From assembly GCF_965277525.1 (NCBI RefSeq), contig NZ_CBDIDC010000011.1, positions 687,068 to 751,067 of the forward strand: 64,000 nucleotides of DNA, read 5' to 3'. Below the pieces are notes generated by a model, which saw only the letters and a program-made list of their open reading frames with translations, did no database searches and was not told the DNA's origin. A program made the translations under genes and the position numbers. The DNA comes from Flavobacterium sp. Its GTDB lineage: Bacteria > Bacteroidota > Bacteroidia > Flavobacteriales > Flavobacteriaceae. This document shows, in pieces, positions 16,134 through 24,832 of this stretch. Position 1 is the first letter of the stretch. Each line of letters opens with the position of its first letter.

Positions 16134-16697
16134 TTATTCTTTTACTGTTTTTTCTCCTTCGTTATCTAGATCCAGTTTTCCAAAATTATCTTTGATAAAT
16201 GGTTGAATATCAAATGTGACAGGAATATTGAAAGGTTTTCCTAGTAAGTTTGTTTCTTTGTGAAATTTATTATTGATAATTGTAACTTCGTTCTCATACC
16301 AACAGTCGAAGAAATTTACAAAACCTCTGAAATCGTTATTGGATAGAATTACTGGGTTTCCTCTCTTATTGTGGCCGCCTGCTTGAAAGTCCAAATAGTT
16401 ATCAAAAGTACAATTGTCAATTACCAGACCACCTGAAAAGTATGTAAAAATGAATTGGCAATTTTTGAAATGGCAGTTAATTAGCATGACGGGTTTGTCA
16501 AACTGAGTGACACTTCCTGAAAAATATTCTACGATACAATTTTCAAATACTACATCCTTGTTCCAAGTTTCATTAGTTTCAATTTCTAATGCTCCCTTAA
16601 CATATAAATCCTTAATAGGAAGTCCATCTTTCAATAAGTTCGTTGCTTTTTCTTTTGATATGTTCTTTTTTGATTGTGTTGTCATCGTTATTGCCAA
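16134..16697 (-). CDS. hypothetical protein with beta-helix-like internal repeats
   Basis: Repeating xNCxFxNxxF units (ENCIVEYF, INCHFKNCQF, DNCTFDNYLDF, NNDFRGFVNF). It belongs to a minus-strand run of immunity-like genes. Confidence 0.35.
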   Translation of the reverse strand: MAITMTTQSKKNISKEKATNLLKDGLPIKDLYVKGALEIETNETWNKDVVFENCIVEYFSGSVTQFDKPVMLINCHFKNCQFIFTYFSGGLVIDNCTFDNYLDFQAGGHNKRGNPVILSNNDFRGFVNFFDCWYENEVTIINNKFHKETNLLGKPFNIPVTFDIQPFIKDNFGKLDLDNEGEKTVKE

Positions 16698-16704
16698 ATT
16701 TTAG

Positions 16705-17205
16705 TTAGGCATTGATTTCATTAATTTGTTTAAATATTTCAGCAAAAATTAAATTTTCATTTGGTTCAATACTGTATTCGATTTTAATTTTAGTAATAAC
16801 TTCTTCCTTTTCCAAATCAAATTCGAGTATACTACTATAATCTGAAATAAAGCAATTATAATAACTTATTCCAATTATTTTATCAAAAAAATCAGATGCA
16901 ATGGATTCATATTTATCTATTTCAGTTGTATCACTAAATTGAATTTGTGTTTTTTTTCCAGGCCTTGGAATTTTGATATTATTTGCTTTGTTATCTTGTA
17001 GTTGTTTTTTTAGATTAACTATTGCAAGTTCTTCAGATTCTCCATGAGATACAAAAAGATACCAATTCGTAAAACTAGCTCCATATTTTAGTTCATGTAG
17101 TTCTGAATTTGGATTTTTCCAAGTTTCCAAAGGATAATCTTCAAATTCCCAATCATCTTTTCGGAAAGATAAGATATACTTGTAGAGTGCTTTTATCTGT
17201 TTCAT
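16705..17205 (-). CDS. hypothetical protein (orphan immunity-like)
   Basis: ORF with a 7-nt gap to the downstream gene. No motif recognised. Confidence 0.35.
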   Translation of the reverse strand: MKQIKALYKYILSFRKDDWEFEDYPLETWKNPNSELHELKYGASFTNWYLFVSHGESEELAIVNLKKQLQDNKANNIKIPRPGKKTQIQFSDTTEIDKYESIASDFFDKIIGISYYNCFISDYSSILEFDLEKEEVITKIKIEYSIEPNENLIFAEIFKQINEINA

Positions 17206-17352
17206 ATTTTTACTTGCAGATTACTTACTTTTTTCAATAATTTTGTCATTTATTTCTGTAGTCAGTAATAACTTTTCGATATTTTTAAAGTTGTTATTTC
17301 AGTTTTTTTTGGATTTAAATTCTGTATAAGATTTATATATAAAGAAAATGTC

Positions 17353-17955
17353 CTATGAAATCCCTGTTTGTTCAACCTTTTTGACAATCCATTTGTTTTT
17401 TATTTTTTTGATATAAACAGTATAGCTGATGCCACATTTCCCACCGCAGGAATAACTTACAGATAAAGTTCCAGTTTCTTTTATATTATCAAATTTAATA
17501 TTTGAAAGAAACATTGCTCCTGCAAACTTGCTGTATTTTAGTTCCCAATTTTCATAATCTATCACTTTTGGAAGTTCAGACAAATGTTTAAAGATGAATT
17601 TTTGACTGTTATATTTTTGTACTTGTGTTTTATCATTTATTAAACCATCGTTACCTACAGCAATTATAAGATTAAGAGTGTCTTTTTTTAAAGCTTCTCT
17701 TTTAAAATCGCAATCTAGATCTCTTTGATATTGTCCAGTTGTGTCTTGTCCAATCCATTTTCCTTTTTCGTTATAGAGATCTTTACCTTGTTCTGGAAAA
17801 CACGTATAAAGTCTTTTGTCCTTATAAGTTGAATCAATAACATTTAAGAATATTTCATCCAAAACGTTTTGTTCAAATTGTTCATCAGTGATTTTCTTCT
17901 CGCAACTGAAAAGAATAAAAGTTAATATCAGAATTATAAATTTTGGTTTACTCAT
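17353..17955 (-). CDS. lipoprotein, function unknown
   Basis: Signal peptide with the lipobox ILFSC. Confidence 0.5.
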   Translation of the reverse strand: MSKPKFIILILTFILFSCEKKITDEQFEQNVLDEIFLNVIDSTYKDKRLYTCFPEQGKDLYNEKGKWIGQDTTGQYQRDLDCDFKREALKKDTLNLIIAVGNDGLINDKTQVQKYNSQKFIFKHLSELPKVIDYENWELKYSKFAGAMFLSNIKFDNIKETGTLSVSYSCGGKCGISYTVYIKKIKNKWIVKKVEQTGIS

Positions 17956-17996
17956 GATAATATTGTTGTAAAAATTTTTATTTTAAAAACTCAATG

Positions 17997-18506
17997 TCAA
18001 TCATTATTAGCTTTAGCTATGGAATCAGTGATGAAATTATTCCAAACAGATAGAGAAATTGTATATGATGTTTGATAACTTGTATCATAAATAAAGGCTT
18101 TATTTTTTATTCTTAAAGTATCAACATTAAACCTTTTTAGTCTTTTTTTCTGCTTAAATAAATCGATTATATAGTGAGTTTTCGGACAGCAACAATATCC
18201 TAAATTTCTTGTTGATTCAAACAATAAATCAAATTGTTTTATTTTACTTAAATCAAGTATTCTATCTAACCTAACCAGTTTTGCAGTGTCTTGTAAATCA
18301 GTGTTTTTGATTTTGTAAAGAGAAATTTCTATTCTATCCATTTCCTTTCGCAACTTTTTAAAGTAATTTTCATGATAGTCTAAAACTAAATGTTTCTGCT
18401 TGGTAATGGTGTGCTCTATGTGGGGATTTACAACTTCATTTTTTTTATTGCAACAGTTGCAAAATATTGCAATTCCAACAATAATCGCTTTTTTAAGTTT
18501 AATCAT
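17997..18506 (-). CDS. hypothetical protein with N-terminal anchor
   Basis: ORF with a hydrophobic, Cys-rich N-terminus (IVGIAIFCNCC). Confidence 0.35.
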   Translation of the reverse strand: MIKLKKAIIVGIAIFCNCCNKKNEVVNPHIEHTITKQKHLVLDYHENYFKKLRKEMDRIEISLYKIKNTDLQDTAKLVRLDRILDLSKIKQFDLLFESTRNLGYCCCPKTHYIIDLFKQKKRLKRFNVDTLRIKNKAFIYDTSYQTSYTISLSVWNNFITDSIAKANND

Positions 18507-18646
18507 AATTTACTAATTTGAAGAATACCAAATCTTTTATAATATTCGGTACATAATTTATTATAGAATAGGCAAGTAGCCCCACTAATTGTTTTTTTTT
18601 ATTGAGTAAAGTTTAATTACTTAAGGGGTAGTTTCTTTTTTTTGGT

Positions 18647-19549
18647 CTAACTGCATTGCAAGCTTATCCAAGATTTGTCAAAATTTAGCTTTAATAAATC
18701 GTCTTTCTTAATCCAAAAATAAAGTCGTCCACAGTCACCCCACATCATTTCGCTTTCTTCGTTACTGTCTATTTGTAAAAGAAGTAGCCAATTTTTGGCA
18801 TTGGCTTCAAGGGCTTTTGCTCTTGGGTCATTATATCCCGATGGATCTCCACAATAAAGACCATTTGTTACAAGTTCACATTCTAATTCCATTTCATCTT
18901 GAATGTTGTCTGAATATCCCAAAAGTTTATTTAAGTTTCCATCATTGTAAACCTCTTCCCAAAACATATCGTCCTCTCCATCTTCAAAATCTTCATAAAC
19001 TTCCTGTCCATATGATGGTATGCTAACTTCTGATTTCATTTCCACTGAACAAGATTTGTAGCAAGAATAATGTGGTAAATTATTTGGAAAATCAATTCGT
19101 TTAAGTTCTGAAGAGTCGCCATTCCAATAGATAACTTTAAATTTATTTTTGTCTTTATGGTCAAAACCCCAAACTTCTTGTTCAGCTGAATAGAAAAAAT
19201 ATAAAAGCCCCGTCTTTGGTAGTAAATCTTCTTTATCAAATGTTGAAGTTTCAGAAAGATTTATCTGTGCAATAAAAGAAAGTGGTTTTGTAGTTTTCAA
19301 TTCCTTTTTACTATTAAAAATGAGAAATTTTTTCTCTATTGTTTCTATTATGTTTGTCTCTGTTGCCCAAGATATTTCTTTCGGCAAGTCTGGTCTACCA
19401 CCAATTTTTGTTTCTCCTACTTTGATAGCAGTTTCATCAGTTTTCTTTTGATAAAGTCTGATCGTGTTTCTCAAAAGAGGTTTTAACCTGTCAAAGTACT
19501 GCCCAAGTCCATTTATCTCAAGTTTGTTTTTAAATTCTTCTATGTTCAT
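18647..19549 (-). CDS. DUF1963 (YwqG-like) family protein, a family recurrently found in toxin-immunity loci
   Basis: KIGGRPDLPKEISW ... LLLQIDSNEE..MWGDCGRLYFWIKKDDL matches the characteristic YwqG/DUF1963 signature. Confidence 0.65.
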   Translation of the reverse strand: MNIEEFKNKLEINGLGQYFDRLKPLLRNTIRLYQKKTDETAIKVGETKIGGRPDLPKEISWATETNIIETIEKKFLIFNSKKELKTTKPLSFIAQINLSETSTFDKEDLLPKTGLLYFFYSAEQEVWGFDHKDKNKFKVIYWNGDSSELKRIDFPNNLPHYSCYKSCSVEMKSEVSIPSYGQEVYEDFEDGEDDMFWEEVYNDGNLNKLLGYSDNIQDEMELECELVTNGLYCGDPSGYNDPRAKALEANAKNWLLLLQIDSNEESEMMWGDCGRLYFWIKKDDLLKLNFDKSWISLQCS

Positions 19550-19914
19550 TGGGGTTGCTTTAAAATTTAGATTAGAATTACTATTTATATATTATCTAGA
19601 AATAAAACTGTGAATACATTTGATCCACAAATTTGACTTTACTTTCTAGCGAATATAATAAATATCTTTAATGTGAATATTTTAAATTGAAGTTTGCAGA
19701 TGCATATAACTAGAACCTATTTAAAGAAACTACTGGTTCATAATTCTTATTATTAGTCTTTACCAACTATCCTTTTGAACTATTTGTAATTTATTATATT
19801 CGCAGAAAGTAAAATTTTATGGCATAAAGCAATGTAATTTGCAAGGATTAACCAATTATGTGTCTGGGAAAAATAGTTGCCATCAAACGACAACAAAAAT
19901 AAAAAAACATAAAT

Positions 19915-20286
19915 ATGGAAAGTAAATATTGCTGGCGCTGTAAGATGAATGTCAATATGCTTACTGACGAAGAATTTAATTTATGCAGAGAAGCAATGTT
20001 TAAGGGTAAAATTATTGTTGAGCAAGAATTGAAAAGGAGAAATGTCAAAAAACATATATGGATAAATGAAATAAAAACTTTTGAAAAGTTCAGATACTTT
20101 TTAGAAATGTATAAATTGATAACTGGGGAAATTGAAACTAATCCAAATGCAATTTTTCATCATCAAATAAATCAATACGGAAAAGATTGTCCGGTCTGTT
20201 CAAAACCATACCGAACACCATTGGCTCGCTATTGTGTAAACTGTGGTTACGGAAAAGAAATATTAACCAATAATGAGATTAAATAA
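19915..20286 (+). CDS. small zinc-ribbon protein
   Basis: CWRC near the N-terminus and CPVC...CVNCG near the C-terminus. Confidence 0.4.
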   Translation: MESKYCWRCKMNVNMLTDEEFNLCREAMFKGKIIVEQELKRRNVKKHIWINEIKTFEKFRYFLEMYKLITGEIETNPNAIFHHQINQYGKDCPVCSKPYRTPLARYCVNCGYGKEILTNNEIK

Positions 20287-20447
20287 AACACAGATGTCTA
20301 AATAATTAAGAGATTCAAATATTTAATCTTAGGATATTCCGTGAACAAAAGCTATTTTCGTTAACAGAATTTTGCTCTTTGAATTATTATTCTTTTGGGA
20401 TTTTTAAGCGGAATTGGTTACTATAGAAAAGGTTTGCAGAACCTTAG

Positions 20448-21366
20448 AAGTATAAGTTCCAAGGTCAGGAGCGTCAGGATGATCTATCACTGGCTTGGGA
20501 TAGTTTTAAGTATAGAAACTACGATTACGCTATTGGTAGATTTATGAATGTTGATCCATTAACAGAAAAGTATATGGATTGGAGTCCATATGTTTTTAGT
20601 GGAAATAGAGTAATTGATTCAAGAGAGTTAGAAGGGTTAGAACCAGTAGATGCAGGTAAAATTAAAAATTCAAATATGCTTGTTATAACCGCTAATGGAA
20701 GAGCAGGCGGAATGTATGGTGATGAAATTAAAGGTAATAATACATTGGTTAATAACCTGCCAGAAGGTTATAATAAAGGAGATGATGGTTTATCAATGGT
20801 AGGACAAAGAGGATTTGGTGTAGGAAATGCTACTATTATTAATTATGCTGGCTCTGACAGTGGTATCACTGCTGGTCATATTGCGGAAACTATTGGTAAT
20901 TATAGACAAAACAATCCAGATGGTATGGTTGCTTTAATAGGCCACAGTTTAGGTGGTAAAGATGTTTTAGATGCAGCAAATATTGTGAACAAAAGGCGAT
21001 GTAATAAAAAATAAATCAATTGATTTAATAATAACTATGGAAGCAGCCTCAGCTGATGGTAAAGGATCTGCTTATAGTACCTCTTTAGGTTCTAATGTTG
21101 CGAATGTTGTTAATTTTAATTCTTCAGATTCATCAATGACAGGTGGAGGTGGAAGAACAACAACTGGTTCATCGACAAATATAACATTAGGAAACGGTAC
21201 TAATCATACAAACATGGATAATACTTTAACTCCTTATTTAGCACCAATATTAAATCATATGGGGAAAGGGGTTAACCCAGTTAATTTAATAAACAATATA
21301 AACTTTGAAAAAGCTAAAGTTTTAAATAACGGAGATCTAAAACCTGCAAGTGGAGGCTCTTATTAA
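20448..21366 (+). pseudogene. orphan Rhs-core-end module with an alpha/beta-hydrolase (GHSLGG lipase/esterase-like) toxin domain, split by a frameshift
   Basis: YKFQGQERQDD...YRNYDYAIGRFMNVDPL...SPYVFSGNRVIDSRELEGL, then LIGHSLGG. Frame 1 stops at 21012-21014. The continuing frame (TKGDVIKNKSIDLIITMEAAS...) is open from 20989 to 21366. Confidence 0.55.
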
Positions 21367-21377
21367 ATAATATAATT

Positions 21378-21794
21378 ATGCAAAAATTGAATATTTTATT
21401 GGGTGTTGTAATACTTATTTTTTGTTTTTTATGTATACAGATTAGTTATAACGGTACACCGTCAGTATCAATCTTTGGCAGTCTAGTTGCTATTACATAC
21501 AATGCTTTAGATAAGGGCTGGGATTTTGGATTAACTAATTGGAAAATGAATTTTACTTTTTTAATTGTTGAATTTATTTTTGTAGCAACTAGTCTATTCG
21601 TTTCCGCAATAATTAAAAAGTATAAATTACTAATTTTTTCATTGATTTTGATAATTGCTTTATGGTTATTTTGGGGGATTACCTACAGGCCTTATATTGA
21701 AATTAAACTTTACTTGCTGTCTTCAATACCATTTTTAATCGTATTTATTTCAGTTCTATACCTTAGTTTTAAAAAGGTTAAAAGTAAGTTTTAG
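21378..21794 (+). CDS. multi-pass membrane protein, putative immunity protein for the lipase-like toxin
   Basis: Four hydrophobic helices. It starts 11 nt after the toxin ORF ends. Confidence 0.5.
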   Translation: MQKLNILLGVVILIFCFLCIQISYNGTPSVSIFGSLVAITYNALDKGWDFGLTNWKMNFTFLIVEFIFVATSLFVSAIIKKYKLLIFSLILIIALWLFWGITYRPYIEIKLYLLSSIPFLIVFISVLYLSFKKVKSKF

Positions 21795-21995
21795 TTAGTT
21801 ATTATAAATTTACTCACCCTTCCCGCACGAATCCTTTCGTGTGGAGCAAAGATAACCCCGCTCTCCGAAGAGTTCTTATAAGGTGCTGTGCGAATGTCTC
21901 CTGACTTCGCACCCCGCTCGCTGAGAAATCACGTAGATTTAATCCTTATACCCGCTGGCAGAAGTTTCAAGACGATGGTCTCCTTATACATATGC

Positions 21996-22086
21996 GGTAG
22001 TGTTACAGATTAGGTGTTTTTATAATTTAATCACTTAACTGACTGAAAAAGAAGATAAATTTTAATTATTGAATAGAAAAAGAGAC
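21996..22086. repeat. 91-bp perfect direct repeat, copy 1 (begins with the IS-end-like ggtagtgttacagattaggtg)
   Basis: Identical base for base to 24742-24832. Confidence 0.9.
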
Positions 22087-22169
22087 TAATGCTGATTGTC
22101 TCTTTCTTTTTTTGTCTTTAAATAAGCCTTAAAATGCTTTTGTCTTACCTTAGTGTTTCAAATTAGGTC

Positions 22170-22751
22170 ATGAAAATAAAATGTAATTTTTGTAATGGTA
22201 AATGCATAAAAAATGGATTTCAATCTAACGGAAATCAACGTTATAAATGTTGTGTTTGTCAAAAGAGACAGCAGTCTGATTATACGTATAATGCGTGTAA
22301 AAGAAGCATTAATCAGGAGATAATTCTATTCACAAAAGAAGGTTTGGGAATAAGAAGTACGGCAAGAATATTGAAAATATCAACGACAACATTATTAAAA
22401 AGAATCGTTTTTATCGCCCGAAATATTACCAAACCAATTATCAGCAGAGGTAAAACTTATGAAGTCGATGAGCTTTGTACTTATATCAGATACAAGAAAA
22501 ATTATATTTGGCTGGTTTATGCATTGGAAAAGAATTCTAAAACTGTCGTAAGCTTTAACGTTGGGAAACGAACTAATAAAACGCTTAACGGTGTTCTGGA
22601 AACTTTAAAATTATCTGACGCTAAAAAAATATTTACGGACAGATTAAAAAACTACAGATATTTGATTGACGAGAAACTGCATTCGGTAAAACGTTTCGGA
22701 ACAAACCACATTGAAAGGAAGAATCTGACACTTAGAACTCATCTGAAATGA
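22170..22751 (+). CDS. IS1-family transposase, interrupted by an in-frame TGA (the frame continues to 22829)
   Basis: N-terminal zinc finger CNFCNGKC...RYKCCVCQKR and an HTH (IRSTARILKISTTTLLK). After TGA 22749-22751 the same frame reads LNRRTICFSKSLVIFTAVLKIYFWI*, the usual C-terminus of this family. Confidence 0.75.
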   Translation: MKIKCNFCNGKCIKNGFQSNGNQRYKCCVCQKRQQSDYTYNACKRSINQEIILFTKEGLGIRSTARILKISTTTLLKRIVFIARNITKPIISRGKTYEVDELCTYIRYKKNYIWLVYALEKNSKTVVSFNVGKRTNKTLNGVLETLKLSDAKKIFTDRLKNYRYLIDEKLHSVKRFGTNHIERKNLTLRTHLK

Positions 22752-22923
22752 CTCAACCGCAGGACAATCTGCTTCAGCAAAAGTTTAGTGATTTTTACTG
22801 CTGTTTTGAAGATTTATTTTTGGATTTGAGTAATTAAATAGTAAGTTTATCCTTGAAATACGTTTTAAAAGTTTTGTAGTCAACAGGTAAATGCTTGCGA
22901 AAAATAATTACAAATTTTTATAA

Positions 22924-24279
22924 TTATATTACAACGCAGCAGGGCAGAAACTAGAGAAAATTGTAACAGAAAATGGAACTGTAATCACTACGGATTATCT
23001 GGGAGGGTTTCAGTATAAGTTTGGCGACAATGGAGGTTATGTACCGGATGATCCGGGAAATACAGATCCACCTGTAGATGGTTATGATCCAGTTCCTAAT
23101 CCGCCGGTTGAAGTCAGTCGCAGTGGTGTAATAACTCCGCAGGTTTTGTCAGCAAATACAACATCTGGCTCCGGGTTACAATTTTTTCCAACGGCAGAAG
23201 GGTATTTTGATAATATAAATCAAAAATATGTATTTCAGTACAAAGATCATTTAGGAAATGTACGTGTGAGTTATGCTAAGAACCCAATAACAAACGTTCT
23301 TGAAATTGTCGAAGAGAATAATTATTATCCTTTTGGTTTAAAACATGAAAGATATAATACGGATAATAAGCACGTAGGATATAATTATAAGTACAACGGA
23401 AAAGAGCTGCAGGATGAGATGGGGCTTGGGATGTACGCAATGGATATGCGCCAATATGATCCTGCAATTGGAAGATGGGTTGTTCAAGATCCAATAGTAC
23501 ACCTAAGTGTATCTCCGTACGTTGCATTTGATAATAATCCTGTGATTTTTTCTGACCCAAGTGGTGCGGATGCCCAATATGTATTTACAGGTGCAAATGC
23601 AGGTAAATATATGGACGGTGACGAGGAAGTGTCTTTTGAAACAGCAATGGGACAACAGGGATTAAATGCAGATGGTAGCAAAAAATCAAGTGGATCAGAT
23701 CCAGGAAGAAGAGGAGCAAGACAAAGAGATAGAAATCGTAGCAGAGCAGGTAGCGGTAGCGTTCTTTTTGATGCTCGTGGACAAGAATTGTTAAGTCATT
23801 GGTTGTCAGGATCTGGTAGAGATCTGGTTTTAGATAATGATGCATGGCAAGATTATATGAAGGAAAATGATATACTAAATGATGAAATAATAAGAAATGC
23901 TTTTGAAATTGCAAGTGGAATGTCTATTGATAAAAAGAAAAAAACATCTGCCGAGTCAGGAAATTATCATGTTGACATAGAAGATGGTTATTTTACGGGT
24001 TATCAAATGCTACATGGTACAAATTTTTTTAGTTACGGAGTTGTTGGGAAATATGATAAAAAGACTGATACCTATACATTTAATTTTAATTTAAAATGGT
24101 TTGATACAATTGACCCTAATCATAATTATCCTTTGGATTCAGCACTTAATGATGCTTTAAATAAGATGTACTCTCCAGTCGATTATAACGTAGCTATAAA
24201 ATGGAAACAAACAATAACGGTATCAGGTGCAGATATAAAAAATGGTAATATTAATGGAACAATAGTTACAGGAAAATAA
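22924..24279 (+). CDS. 5'-truncated Rhs/YD-repeat protein C-terminus with a toxin domain of unknown type
   Basis: The frame is open from 22924 (stop at 22921). YYNAAGQKLEKIVTENGTVITTDYLGGFQY (YD repeat) ... YKYNGKELQDE...MDMRQYDPAIGRWVVQDP...SPYVAFDNNPVIFSDPSGAD, then a ~260-aa unique tail. Confidence 0.8.
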   Translation, partial: LYYNAAGQKLEKIVTENGTVITTDYLGGFQYKFGDNGGYVPDDPGNTDPPVDGYDPVPNPPVEVSRSGVITPQVLSANTTSGSGLQFFPTAEGYFDNINQKYVFQYKDHLGNVRVSYAKNPITNVLEIVEENNYYPFGLKHERYNTDNKHVGYNYKYNGKELQDEMGLGMYAMDMRQYDPAIGRWVVQDPIVHLSVSPYVAFDNNPVIFSDPSGADAQYVFTGANAGKYMDGDEEVSFETAMGQQGLNADGSKKSSGSDPGRRGARQRDRNRSRAGSGSVLFDARGQELLSHWLSGSGRDLVLDNDAWQDYMKENDILNDEIIRNAFEIASGMSIDKKKKTSAESGNYHVDIEDGYFTGYQMLHGTNFFSYGVVGKYDKKTDTYTFNFNLKWFDTIDPNHNYPLDSALNDALNKMYSPVDYNVAIKWKQTITVSGADIKNGNINGTIVTGK

Positions 24280-24297
24280 TCTTATAAAATATAGAAA

Positions 24298-24702
24298 ATG
24301 AAAAAAGCACTTTTAATGGTATTAGTTTTTATATGCTCATGCTGTAAGAATGATAATAATCAATTTATAAAGGATAATGAATTTATATCTCAGCCTGGAA
24401 ATTATTATCACAAATCAATAAAAATTATTGTTAAAGAATTTAAAGATGGAAGCTTGATTTACGGCATTGCAGATCTAAGAAATAATATAATCTATCAACA
24501 AGATATCAATAAAAGTTTCAGCAATAATAGTAGATGGGTTTTATATATTGATAAAAAAGATAATATTTGGTTTCATACATCAGATCTTCAGTTAACAAGT
24601 GTATTGCTTAAAGGAAATCTAAAGTATGATTATACATACAAAAGAATATATGGCAACAATACTATGCCAATTCCAAATGAATTTAAAATGAATTTAAAAT
24701 GA
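24298..24702 (+). CDS. lipoprotein, putative immunity protein
   Basis: Signal peptide with Cys (LVFICSCC). It starts 18 nt after the toxin stop. Confidence 0.55.
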   Translation: MKKALLMVLVFICSCCKNDNNQFIKDNEFISQPGNYYHKSIKIIVKEFKDGSLIYGIADLRNNIIYQQDINKSFSNNSRWVLYIDKKDNIWFHTSDLQLTSVLLKGNLKYDYTYKRIYGNNTMPIPNEFKMNLK

Positions 24703-24741
24703 ATTTAAAATAAATCCCCTGTCCCGCACTGAAAAATCCTT

Positions 24742-24832
24742 GGTAGTGTTACAGATTAGGTGTTTTTATAATTTAATCACTTAACTGACTGAAAAAGAAG
24801 ATAAATTTTAATTATTGAATAGAAAAAGAGAC
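24742..24832. repeat. 91-bp perfect direct repeat, copy 2
   Basis: Identical to 21996-22086. It is followed directly by an Rhs-core fragment rather than by the IS1-like gene. Confidence 0.9.

Noticed and set aside
22830-22923. Right terminal inverted repeat of the IS1-like element
   Set aside because: I looked for the complement of ggtagtgtt.cagattaggt and found none, so I did not annotate a complete IS with defined ends.
23276-23914. Three minus-strand ORFs (23276..23560, 23484..23681, 23585..23914)
   Set aside because: They are antisense shadows inside the Rhs C-terminal coding region.
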